DNA from: the human T2T-CHM13v2.0 reference genome, Homo sapiens
Strand: one strand, 5' to 3'
Assembly: GCF_009914755.1 (NCBI RefSeq)
Contig: NC_060947.1
DNA: 64,000 nt
The notes under the pieces are model-generated. The model was not told the origin of the DNA, did no database searches, and was given only the letters and a program-made list of their open reading frames with translations. Below are positions 48,341-60,439 of this stretch, piece by piece (the first letter of the stretch is position 1; the number at the start of each line of letters is the position of its first letter). A program made the translations under genes and the position numbers.

Positions 48341-49445
48341 ATCTAAGTTGTAACATTGGAGGGTAACTTGTCTTTTCTCATTAGATTTCTCAGATTATTT
48401 TTACAAAGCAAAGTCCAAAATCCTATTGGGAAGAATCCTATTTGGAAGAATTGGGAAGAATGGAAGAGAGGCAGCATAACGTAGTTTGAATACTGGAAAT
48501 TATGTATTTGCCACTAAAAAACCGATAGGCCTTTGTGTTTTAGCTACCTCATCTATCAAATGAGAATAGTAACAGTACCTGCCTCATGGGGTTGCTATAT
48601 GTAAATATATTTTTACATGTATGTGTAGTATATGTAAACTGCTTAGAATGGTATCTGGAGCAGAGTAAACACTTTATAGACGTTAAATATGTGAAGAAAT
48701 TATTTAATGCTTGATTTGAAAGCCTCATCTATATGACAAAAGTAACGATTTAAGCCAATAATACTAAAACATTTCAAAGTCATTCATCTCACTTTAAAAT
48801 TAATTCTTTCCCTCTCCTATAGAAAACAAAAACACACATAGACTCCCTTCCCCATTATATAACCTGGAACTAAATCTCTAAAATTTTTGTGTTAATTCAT
48901 TTTATTTAGTAAATTTCACAAAACCTGGAGTGTATAATCCTAGGTGATTAAGGGCATGTTTTAAAATATTTTATTTGTAATAATTATGATTTAAAAGGCA
49001 TATACTGTCAAGTGAGATATAATAAATCATTGTTTGGGTTATTAAGGGTTATTTAATTTTTAATGTTTAACTCTTTTGAAGAAATAAAATCCATTTTGAC
49101 TTACACTATTATGTGGCACTTGATATAAATATGTACAGACAACATTCACAAGAAATAACACTTTTTCAAAAAAGATATTTTTTAAACTACTAATAAACAA
49201 TCAGAATGAACAACGCTAGTTAGATAATATGTGAGAGAAAATGATTATTACTTCATAAAAAATTGGACTTTTGCCCCTTACTATTTTTCATATTAAGGTA
49301 GTTAACATAATCTGAAAGACTACTGTATTTCTGAGATGCAAATACAGTATTATTAATAAGAGGTAATAGCCTTAAATTCATGTATTTTAAGATAAAAAGT
49401 TAATAATATATTTTGTGTAAGCATCACAGTAGAAACCAATTCTAC
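48340..49445 (-). pseudogene. EBLN unit 5 (~aa 45-320), split by a MIR
   Basis: IGFYCD~IGHEKD; FKAITSY**YCICISEIQ*SF~[33 protein letters not shown] (49254)~EISSIFSHCCS; KRVK~KRFK; LNNP~LNRP; LIT*DY~LLTTDF; TPG~SPG; beyond the MIR, weaker FFPIL~LFPFL and YPPMLQLR~NPTMAGYR. Confidence 0.78.
48468..48690 (+). mobile_element. MIR SINE
   Basis: gaggcagcataacgtag...cctcatctatcaaatgagaatagtaacagtacctgcctcatggggttg. Confidence 0.85.
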
Positions 49446-49479
49446 ATTCTTCTTTTTTTGTACTGATCACAATGTTTTA

Positions 49480-49740
49480 TTTAGATTTGTTTTAAGTGTA
49501 TCTCTGAAATTGGTAAATTAATGTTTTCTACTAAATTTTAACTATATTTACTAATGAAATGGCCCTGTTCTCTTTTTCTGTTCTAAAATTTTATGATATT
49601 GGAGTCAAGGCTACATTCCATCATATAAAAGGCCAGGAAGCTTCTATTTTCTATTTTCTGAAAAAATGTGTATGTTAGAAATCAAGTATTTCTTAAAATT
49701 ATGTTACAATTCACCCATAAAACTATGTGTGTGAGAACCT
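49480..49740 (-). mobile_element. Ancient L1ME-like ORF2 fragment
   Basis: Highly diverged antisense ORF2 (ttacaattcacccataaaactat). Confidence 0.55.
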
Positions 49741-52700
49741 TTTAAAATGTATTAATTTTTATTTTTTTAAATTTTTATTTTATGTTCAGGGGTACATGTG
49801 TAGGTTTGTTATATAGGTAAATTACATGTTACCAGAATTTGGTTTATAGATTATTTCATCACACAGGTAATAAACATAGTATCTAATAGGTAGTTTTTCA
49901 ATCTTCTTCCTCCTTCAAACCTCCACCCTCAAGTAGGTCCCAGTGTCTATTATTCCCATCTTTGTGAAAATGTGTACGCAATGTTTAGCTCCCACTTATA
50001 AGTGAGAATGTGCAGTATTTGCTTTTCTTTTTCTGCACCAGTTAACTTAGGATTATGGCCTCCAACTCCATCCATGTTGATGCTAGGGCATGATCTCACT
50101 CTTACATGACTGTGTAGTACTCTATGGTGTATATGTACCACATTTTCTTTATCCAGTCCACTGTTGTTGGGCATTAGTGTTAATTCCATGACTTTGCTAT
50201 TGTGAGTAGTGCTACAATGAATGTACGTGTGCATTTGTCTTTGTGGTAGAATGATTTATGTTCCTTTGGGTATATATCCAATAATGGAATTGCTGGGTTA
50301 AATGTTACTTCTGTTTTAAATTCTTTGAGAAATCACCAAACCGCTTTCCACAGTGGTGGAACTAATTTGCGTTCTCACCAGCAGTGTATAAGAATTCCCT
50401 TTGCTCTGTAACCTCACCAGCATCTGTTATTTTTTGACTTTTTAATAATAGCCATTCTGACCGATGTGAGATAGTATTGCACTGTGGTTTTGATTTGCAT
50501 TTCTCTAATGATTAGTGATGTTCAGCGTTTTTTCATATACCTGGTGGCCATGTGTATGTCTTCTTTTGAAAAGTGTCTGGTCATATTCTTTGTAAACTTT
50601 TTAATGGGGTGTTTGTTTTTTGCTTGTATATTTAAGTTTCTTATAAATTCTGACTAGGCCTTTGTCAGATGTGTAATTTACAAATGTTTTCTCCAGTTAT
50701 GTAGGTAATGTTTTCCCCTCCCATTATGTAGGTTACTGTCTGTTGACAGTTTCTTTTGCTGTGCAGAAGCCATTTAGTTTAATTAGATCCCGTTTGTCAA
50801 TTTTTGTTTTTGTTGCAATTGCTTTGACATCTTTATCATGGTATCTTTTCAGGGCCTATGTCCAGAATAGTATTTCCTAGGTTATCTTCATGGGTTCTTA
50901 TAGTTTTAGGTTTTACATTGAAGTCTTTAATTCATCTTGAGTTGATTTTTGTATATGGTGCAAAGATGAGGTCTAACTTCAATCTTTGCATATGGCAACC
51001 CAGTTATCTCAGCATAATTTACTGGCTAGGGTGTCCTTTCCTCATTGCTCATTTTTCATGACTATCAAAGATCAGATGGTTGTAGGCTTGTGGCTTTATT
51101 TCTGGGTCCTCTATTCTGTTCCATTTGTCTTTGTGTCTGTTTTGGTACCAGCACTATGATTGTTTGGTTACTGTAGCCATGTAGTATAGCTTGAAGTTGG
51201 GTAATGTGATGCCTACAGTTTTGTTCTTTTTGCTTAGAATTGACTATTTGAGCTCTTTTTCAGTTTCATATAAATTTTAAAATAGTTTTTTCTAATTCTA
51301 TGAAGAATGCCATTACTAGTTTTATAGGAATAGCATTAGATATGTAAATTGCTTTGGGCAATATGGTCATTTAAAGATAGTGATTCTTTCTATCCATGAG
51401 CATGATATATTTTTCCATTTGATTGTGTCATCTCTTATTTATTTCAGCAGTGTTTTGTAATTCTTGTTGTAGAGATCTTTTATCTTCCTGTTTAGTTATA
51501 TTCCTAGGTACTTTTCTGTGGCTATTAGGAATGGAATTGTATTTGTATTTGGTTCTCAGCTTGGACATTGTTGGTGCATAGAAATGCTATCGATTTCTAT
51601 GCATTGATTTTGTATTTTGAAACTTTGCTGAAGGTGTTTATCAGATCTAGGAGCTTTTGGGCAGAGGCTATGGAGTTTTCTAGATATAAAATCATACCAT
51701 CTACAAACAGAGATAGTTTTACTTGCTTGCTTCCTATTTGTGTGCATTTCATTTTTTTTTTCTCTTGCCTCACTGCTCTGGCTAGGATTTCCAATACTAT
51801 GTTGAATAGAAGTGGTGAAAGTGGGCATCCTAGTCTTGTTCTGGTTTTCAAGGGGAGTAATTCCAGCTTTTGCCCGTTCAGTATGATTTTGGCTTTGTGT
51901 TTGTCATAGATGGCTCACATAAGTTTGAAGCATATTCCTTCAATGCCTAGTGTGTTAAGGTTTGTTAACACAAATAAATGTTGAATATTATCAAATAGCT
52001 TTTTTGCATCTATTGAGATGATCATGTTGTTTTTGTTTTTAGTTCTGTTTATGTAGTAAATCACATTTATTGATTTACATATATTGAGCCAAACTTGCAC
52101 CCCAGGGATAAAGCCTACTTGTTTGTGATGGATTAGCTTTTTGTGTCCTGCTGGATATGGTTTTCTAGTATTTTGTTAAAAAATTTTGCATCTATGTTCA
52201 TCAAGGATATTGCCCTGAAAGTTTTGTTTGTTTGTTTCCCTGCCAGATTTTGTTTTGAAGATGATGATGGCCTCATAGAATGAGTTAGGGAGGAGTCCCT
52301 GTTCCTCAATTTTTTTGGAATAGTTTTTGTAGAAATGGTAGCAACTCTTTATACATCTGGTAGAATTCAGCTGTGAAGCTGTCTGGTCCTTGGCTTCTAC
52401 TCATTGGTAACCTTTTCATTACTAATTCAATTTCAGACCACGTTATTGGTCTGTTCAGAAATTTAATTTCTTCCTGGTTCAATCTTGGGAGGTTGTATGT
52501 TTCCAGAAAAGTATCCATTTCTTCTAGGTTTTCTACTTCTTGTGCATAGAGATGTTCATAATATTCTCTGAGGGATTTTTATATTTCTTTGGAGGTGGTG
52601 GTTATTTTAACATTTTCATTTCTGATTGTGCTTATTTAGATTTTTTTCTCCTTTTTTTCTTTATTAGGGCAGCTTGTGGTTTATCAATCATATTTTTTCA

Positions 52701-53788
52701 TAGAGCCAACACCTAAATTTGTTGGTCTTCTGTAACATTTTCCACATCTTAATTTACTTCAGTTCAGCTCTGATTTTGGTTATTTCTTGTCTTCTGCTAG
52801 CTTTGGGGTTGGTTTGCTCTTGCTTCTCTGGTTCCTCTAGGTGTAATTTTAAGTTGTTAATTTGAGATCTTTCTGACTTTTCACTGTGGGTGTTTAGCAT
52901 TCTAAACTTCTCTGTTAACACTGCTTTAGCTGTATCCCAGAAATTCTGGTATGTTTTATCTTTGTTTTCATGCATTTCAAAGAATTCCTTGATTTCTGCC
53001 TTTCTTTGTTTATGTACAAGTCATTCAGGAGATGGTTGTTTAATTTTTATGCAATTGTATTGTTTTGAGTGATTTTCTTAGGAATTATTTTTCTTTTTAT
53101 TGTGCTGTGGTCCAATAGTGTGTTTTTAAAATCATTTTAATTTTTTTGAATTTGCTGAGAATTTTTTTATCGCTGATTCTGTGGTTGATTTTAGAATACA
53201 TGCTATGTGCAGATAAGAAGAATGTATATCCTGTTGTTTTTGAATGGTGAGTTCTGCAGATGTCTGTTTTGCTAATTTGGTTAAACGTTGAGTTCAGGCC
53301 CTGAATACTTTGTCAGTTTTCTGCCTCAGTGATCTATCTAATACTGTTAATGAGGTGTTGAAATCTCCCACTATCATTTAGTGGTTATCTAAATCTCTTC
53401 ATAGGTCTCTAAGAACCTGCATTATGAATCTGGGTGCTCCTGTGTTGGATGGATATATATTTGGGATAGTTAGGTCTTCTTGTTGAATTGAACCCTTTAC
53501 CATTATGCAGTGCCCTTTTTTCTTTTCTTTTCTTTTTGATCATTGCCAGTTTAATGTCTGTTTTGCCTGAAATTAGCATAGGGACCCCTGATTTTGTATG
53601 TTGTCCATTTGCTTGTTAGATTTTTCTCTATGTCTTTACTTTGAGCCTGTGAGTGTCATTGCATGTGTATGGGGCTCTTGTAAGCAGCAAACAGTTGTGT
53701 CTTACTAACCTATTTACCACTCTGTGCCTTTTAATTGGGGAATTTAGCCTGGTTACACTCATGGTTAATATTAATATATTTAGGTTTG

Positions 53789-54075
53789 GGCTGGGTGTGG
53801 TGGCTCACACCTGCAATCCCAGCACTTTGGGAGGCCAAGGCAGGTGGATTGCTTGAGGCCAGGAGTTTGAGACCAGCCTGGTCAACATGGTGAACCCCTG
53901 TCTCTATTAAAAATACAAAAATTAGCTGGGCATAGTGGCATGTGCCTGTAATCCCAGCTACTCGGCAGGCTGAGGCACGAGAATCACTTGATCTTGGGAG
54001 GCAAAGGTTGCAGTGAGCTGAGAATGCACCACTGCACCCAAGCCTGGATGACAGAGTGAGACTCTGTCTGAAAAA
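53789..54075 (+). mobile_element. AluS/Jb
   Basis: Full dimer; TSD atatttaggtttg / atatgtaggtttg. Confidence 0.92.
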
Positions 54076-55854
54076 TATATACATATGTAGGTTTGATCCT
54101 GTCATCGTGTTGTTAGCTGGTTACTAAGGATACTTGATTGTGTGACTGCTATATAGTGCCAGTGGTCTATGTACTGAAGTGTGCATGCATTTCTGGTGGC
54201 TGGTAACAATCTTTTTTTTTTTTTTCATATTTAGCATTTCCTTAAGGACCTCTTATAAGACAGGTCTGGTGGTAACAAATGCCCTCAGCATTTTGTTGTC
54301 TGAAAAGAATCGTATTTCTCCTTCACTTATAAAGATTAGTTTGGCTGAGCATGAAATTCTTGGTTGGAATTTCTTTTCTTTATGAATGCTTCTGTTTTGT
54401 AGAGTTTCCGCTGAAAGATCTTCTATTAGCCTGATGTGGTTTCATTTGCACATGAAAATGCCCCTTTTCTTTAGACGTCTTTAACATTTTTTTCTTTCAT
54501 TTTGACCTCATAGAATCTTATGACTAGGTGTCTTGTGGATGGCATATGTATAGTATTTTACAGGGGTTCTCTACATTTCCTCAATTTGACTGTCTGTCTC
54601 TGTAGCGAGGTTGGGAAAATTTTTATGGGTGATATTCTCAAATATGTTTTAGAAGTTGCTTGCTTTTTTTTCCCTTTCTTTCAGGGAAGCCAATGTGTCA
54701 TATATTTGGTCTCTTTACAGATTTCCATATTTCTTGGAGGTTTTATTTATTCTTCTTTATTGATTTTTCTTTATTTTTTAAGGCTGTGTTATTTTAATGA
54801 ATCAGTCTACAAACTCTGAGATTCTTTTCTCAGCTATGTTGATTCTGGTCTTAATATTTATAATTTTATTATGAAATTTTTGAAGTGTGTTTTTCAGCTC
54901 TATCAGTTCAGTGTGGTTCTTTCTTAAAATGACCATTTCATCTTTGATTTCCTGTATTATTTTATTGTATCTCTTAAATTCCTTGAATTGAGTTTTGACT
55001 TTCTCTTGAATGTTGATGATCTTCATTCCTATCCATATTCTTAATTATATTTATGATATTTCAGCCATTTCACCCTGGTTAAAAGCCATTACTGGGGAAC
55101 AAGTGTGGCTGTTTGAAGGTAAGAAGAGTCTGAATTTTTGAGTTGCTGGAGTTCTTGTGCTGTTTTTTTCTAATCTACGTGGGCTGATGTCCCTTCCTTT
55201 GAAGTGGCTGTCCTTAGGATTTTTTTGTTGTTTATTTATTTTATTTTTTTATGCCCTTCAGTGTTTGATTGTGGCATAGGGTGGGTTCAGTCAACTGGCT
55301 TTTATTCTAGCCCAATCCTGGGGCTCAGAGGAGCTCACTCCAATTTCTGCCTCCATGGCCTCATTTTGTTTTTGTGTGTTCTGGTCCATAAGACTTTCTT
55401 AATAGGTGCTGCAGTTGGCAGAGTGGTCATATCCCTGCTGGGTTGGCCTTAATCTGCTGTCTGAGTGTTTCTCTGGGGAACACAGGATTGCACCTGCCTG
55501 CTGAGTTGAGGCAGATTCAGGCCCACTGGGCTGGAGGCTCTAGTGGGTGTAGCCTGTCTGCCTATGGGAGCTGAGGGTCGGGGGAGTCGTCCACCCTTTT
55601 GATCCGGTATTTCCATGGCTGCACCTCTTGGCAAATTTAGGCAGAATTAGTACCACTGGGCTGGAAGCTCTAGCAGGCATGGATTGCCTGGCTATGAGAG
55701 TTGGGAAAAACATCTGCTGTCCAGGTGTTTTCTGGGACAATAAGAGGCTTCATCAATGGACTAACTTCTGATAGAAGCAATATCACTGGGCTGGAAAGTC
55801 TAGCTGGCATTGCCTGCCTGGCTACCACCATCAGGGGCAGTCAGGGTCATCTGC

Positions 55855-58283
55855 TGATATGGTTTAAATATGTATCCCCATCCAAATCTCATGTCAAATT
55901 GTAATCCCCAGTGTTGGAGGTGGGGCCTGCTGGGAGGTGATTGGATCATGAGGGCAGAGTTCTCATGAATGATTTAATACAATCCTTCCTTGGTACTGTA
56001 TAGTTAGTGAGTTCCCACGTGATCTTATTGCTTATAAGTGTATAGCACCTCCTCCTGCGCTTCCTCCTGCTCTGGCCATGTAAGATGTTCCTGCTTCCCC
56101 TTGGCCTTTTGTCATGATTGGAAGTTTCTTGAGGCCTCCTCAGAAAAAGAAGTTGCTATGCTTCCTATACAGCCCACAAACCATGATCCAATTAAGCCTC
56201 TTTTCTTTATAAATTACCCACTGTCAGGTATTTCTTTATAGCAATGTGAGAATGGACTAATGCAGAAAATTGGTACTGAAGACAGAGCATTGCTATAAAG
56301 ATACTTGAAAATGTGGAGGTGAATTCAGAACTGGGTAATGGGCAGAAGTTAGAAGAGTGTGGAGGGCTCAGAAGAAGACAAGAAGATGAGGGAAAATTTG
56401 TAACTTCCTAGAGACTTGTTAAATAGTTGTGACCAAGAAGTTGATAGTGATATGGACAGTGAGTCCAGCCTGAGGAGGTCTCAGATGGAGATGAGGAACT
56501 TCTTGGAAACTGGAGCAAAGGTCACTTTTGTTATCCTTTATCAAAGAGCTTTGTTGGATTTTGCCCCTGCCTTAGGGATCTGTGGAACCGTAAACTTGAG
56601 AGAGAGATGATTTAGGGTATCTGGTAGAAAAAATTTCTAAGCAGCAAAACGTCTGAGATGTGACCTGGCAGCTTCTAACCACCTGCACTCATATATATGA
56701 GCAAATAAATGACCTGAAACTGGAACTTATATTTAAGAGAAAAACAGAGCACAAAAATTTGGAAAATTTGCAGCCTGGCTTTGCAGTAGAAAAGAAAAAC
56801 CTATTTCCTGGGGAAGAAGTCAAACAGGGTGCAAAAATCTGCCCAAATAAATAGGAGCCAAGTACTGCTAGCCAAGACAATGGACAAAAGACCTTGAAGG
56901 CATTTCTGAGAGCTTCATGGCAGCCCCTCCCATCACAGGCCTGGAGGCCTAGGAGAGAAGAATGATTTCCTGGGCCAGGCCCAAGGCCTCACTTCCATGT
57001 AGAGCCTCAGGACACTGCTCTCTGCATCCCAGCTGCTTCAGGTCAGCCATGGCTAATAGGGGCACAGGTACAATTTGGGCTACTGTTTCAAAGGGTGCAT
57101 GCCATAAGCCTCAGCAGCTTCTATGTGTTGCTAAGCCTGTGGGTTCACAAAGTGCAAGAATTGAGGCTGGGAGCTTCCACCTAGATTTCAAAGGACGTAT
57201 GAAAATGCCAGGATGTCCAGGTAGAAGCCTGCTGCAGGTGTGGAGCCCTCATGGAGAACTTCTAGTAGGGCCATGTGGAGGGAAAATGTGGGGTTGGAGC
57301 TCCCACACAGTGTCCCCACTGGGACACTGCCTAGTGGAGCTTTGCAAAGGGGGTCGCCATCCTCCAAACCTCAGAATGGTAGACTCACCAACAGCTTGCA
57401 ACCTGCACCTGGAAAAGCCCCAGGCACTCAATGGCAGCCCGTGAGAGCAGCTTCTGGGGCTCAACCCTGCAATGCCACAGGGTCAGAGATACCTCAGGCC
57501 TAGGGAGCCCACCCCTTACACCAATGGATCTTGGATGTTGGACATGGAGTCAAAAGAAATTATTTTGGAGCTTTAAGATTTAATGACTTCCCTGCTGGGT
57601 TTCAGATATGTGTGGGGTCTTTCTTTTTGTTGATTTCTCCCTTTTGAAGAAGAATATTTATCCAATGCCTGTACCCCCATTGTATCTTGAAAGTAACTAA
57701 TTTGTTTTTTATTTTACAAGCTCATAAGTGGAAGGGGCTTTTCTGGTCTCAGATGAGACTTTGGACTTTTGAGTTAATGTTGGAATGAGTTAAGAGCTTG
57801 GGGCATTGTTAAGAAGGCATGATTGTGTTTTTCGATGTGAGAAGCATGTGATATTTGGGAGAGGCCAGAGGCAGAATGGTATGGTTTGGATCTATGTCCC
57901 CACCCAAATCTCATGTTAAATTGTAATCCCCAATGTTGGAGGTAGGCCCTGATGGGAGGAGATTGGGCCATGGGGGCAGATTTCCCTCTTTGTACTGTCC
58001 TCACGATAGTGAGTGTATTCTCCTGAGATCTGGTTGTTTAAAAGTGTGTGGCATCTCTACTCTCCCTCCTCTTCCTCCTGTCTTAGCCATGTAAGACATA
58101 CCTGTTTCCCCTTTGCTTTCTGCCATGATTGTAAGTTTCCTGAGGCTTCCCCAGAAGTAGATCCCACCATGCTTCCAGTATAGCATGCAGAATGCAGAAC
58201 CAAAAGCCAACTACTCATCTTATCTTTATAAATTACTCAGTGTCAGATATTTATTTATAGCAGTGCAAGAAAAAACTAATAAA
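55855..58283 (+). mobile_element. Complete MSTA-type MaLR element (LTR 55855-56264, internal, LTR 57877-58283)
   Basis: Two homologous LTRs; gaaaattggtact PBS; purine-rich tract before the 3' LTR. Confidence 0.9.
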
Positions 58284-59074
58284 CCCATCCTGACATCAGG
58301 ATGTTACTTGGGATAATGAGAGGCTATGCCCACTCGCTGAGTTCAGACAGAAGCAAACCACTGGGCTGGAAGCTCTAGCAGGCATTGTCCATCAGACTAC
58401 TAGTGGAGAGGTTGGGGTCACCTAACCTGCCATTTGGGTGTTTCTGGGGACAACAGGAGGTTGCATCCTCTGGCTGAGTTAACACAGAAGACGGACCACT
58501 GGGCTGGAATCTCTAGCAGGCACTGCCTGTGGTGTTACCATTGGCAGTGGTGGGTGGGGTATCTTGCCCAGCCATTCAAATGCTTCCTGGGACAGCAGGT
58601 TGCTGTGCCTGTGCTGAGTTTAGGCAGAAGCAGACTGCTAGGATAAAAGCTGGTATCGAACCTTATCTGGCAAGTAGGAGTTAAGCAATCTTTCTGCTCA
58701 CAGGTCCCATGACTATGTCCTCTGTTGGGGCAATGGTGCCAGTGCTTGTCTACTCTTGGGCCCAAGGCTTGTAGAGGTTCCCTTGAACTTGAAAGTTGCC
58801 ACCACAAAACATCTGGGCGGCTCTTTGCCTTAGTCTAGAAGGTTGGTGGCAGGGATGAGGGAAGGCCAGGGGATTCTCACTTTTCTTGTCTTGCACAGGT
58901 CCTCATGGAGAGTGTGAATCCCCCAGGGAGTTCTCATTCACTCACCCTTTCTTATGTTGGAGAGGCTCTCCTGGCTCCATGTTGAGCCCAGACAGGCTGG
59001 TTCCCAGCTTTGCTCCTCTCTGCTTTCTGTGTCTGCTGCCATGATGCATCTCAACATGGTTTCTCAGATAACCA

Positions 59075-59510
59075 GCATTCTCCTGTAAGCAGGCTATAAC
59101 ATTTATAGCAGATCCATAGAAAGCAAAGGTGTAAACTTATTGTTACCCAGAGAATCATAACCAGAATGAGTGATTTATAGAAAGATTGACTTTTGTTGTG
59201 GAGTCCACATAACACATGATCTAGATAAGCCCTCTCCTAAGTATTTACAAAGAACCATGTGAGGAGCTTCTCTCTTGTAAATAGTCCTCTGGAGGATACC
59301 AGTTACACTGACTACTCACTTCTGAACAGGAACATGTAATGCCAGATTCTGTGGAAATATATCTCCAATGTGCTATCCTGTAGGATGTTGAAGGGAGGCC
59401 AGGGTGGGTTGGGCAGGGTAGGTGAGAGGTGGTCAAGGCAGTTGAGGCAGTGGTGGTGGAGCCTGAGGTGACCAAGGTGGAGGCAATCATGTCTCTGTAT
59501 TCTTAAAAAG
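59075..59510 (-). pseudogene. EBLN unit 4 (~aa 15-195)
   Basis: Single frame: PPPLPQLP*PPLTY~[33 protein letters not shown]~[42 protein letters not shown]~[22 protein letters not shown]; LL*ML*P~LLQMFNP. Confidence 0.85.
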
Positions 59511-59529
59511 TATTCTCACACGAGTAATT

Positions 59530-60425
59530 TGGCTACTGCCTGGCTTAGATTTAATTTAATTATAGCACAGGAGGCTCTAAACCAGAGCTGACTTGGTGTA
59601 CTTTGTTTCTTATACGTTGAACAACTTGTTCTAACAGTTCTGCTTTTAAATTTTAGAAAATTGCTGCAATAATATATTCAAAAAATAATTTTTTAGGACC
59701 AATAAATTACTGTTTGAGGATTATCAAAACCTGATTTTTAAAAATGATGTCAAGATTTAATTGTGATCTCAGTAGGTCATTAATAATGCCTATTATATTA
59801 TGGTTCATAAGATTAGACTTCAGGTCTGACTTGCACTTGCTCTGTATCTTCTTTTTTCAGGCCATATTAAACATGGGTTTTTAAAACAAAGATTAATGAT
59901 AACCAGTATAGAACATTTTAAACATTATTGGAGGAAACATTAACAGCAGGCCTTTTTTATGTAGTAGAAATGCCCCAGAAGAATTACATTTAATGGTTCT
60001 TTTTTTAAGGAACAATAAACGATAAACAGAATCATACTTTCGCATCTAATTACAATATGACTTCTGAGGTTATTCCCATTAGAAAACTGTTGACTCTGAG
60101 GAATGCCTCCCTACCAGACAAAATAAAGCTTAGGGGTAAACACTTTATAGTGTCACCAGAAAATTTTAGATTAAAACTTCAGCAGTATATACTCAGAAAA
60201 TCAATTATTGTCTAAGTCAGCATTATATGTTACTGAAAACTTATGTTGCAAATGAGACAATTAAAAAAATATGTCTCATATTACTAAAGAGGCACCAAAA
60301 GTCCTTTTTCAACAACTTTTCCGTGTGGTGCTCCTTATAGATTTTTTGGTACCATTGGCTATTTCTCTCCAACCTTGGTAAAGAGTGTTCTACTACAGTA
60401 GATTTGTAATGTACATTCACTTTCA
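59530..60425 (-). pseudogene. EBLN unit 3 (~aa 15-335, near complete)
   Basis: SLPRLERNSQWY (60384)~[12 protein letters not shown], then H and KD at exact spacing; RHIFLIVS~[8 protein letters not shown]; KFSGD~KFYGE; FLRVNSFLMGI~FSHCCSLLIGV; KEDTEQV~KEFMDQI; INDLL~IKEYL; PSQLWFRAS~PTMAGYRAS; PGSS~PGAS. Confidence 0.85.
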
Positions 60426-60439
60426 CTTACAGTGATGGT

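Larger units (their letters stand above)
49750..59073 (-). mobile_element. Near full-length decayed L1PA15/16-like element
   Basis: T tail at ~49750; antisense ORF2 ([15 protein letters not shown]), ORF1, and a long 5'UTR with ccactgggctggaagctctagca repeats; truncates EBLN unit 4. Confidence 0.88.

Noticed and set aside
55500-58660. Spaced repeats ccactgggctggaagctctagca resembling a CRISPR-like array
   Set aside because: They are diverged ~120-130-bp tandem monomers of an old L1 5'UTR with homologous intervening sequence, in eukaryotic DNA
59390-59490. Plus-strand RGG-like reading (GGQGS*GSGGGA*GDQGGG) suggesting an RBMX/hnRNP pseudogene
   Set aside because: It is the reverse complement of the Pro-rich EBLN arm; the minus frame gives long collinear N matches
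59245-59503. Minus-strand host exon (81-aa ORF MIASTLV..., donor-like AA/GTGAGT near 59320)
   Set aside because: Off-frame shadow of unit 4; N homology continues through the putative donor
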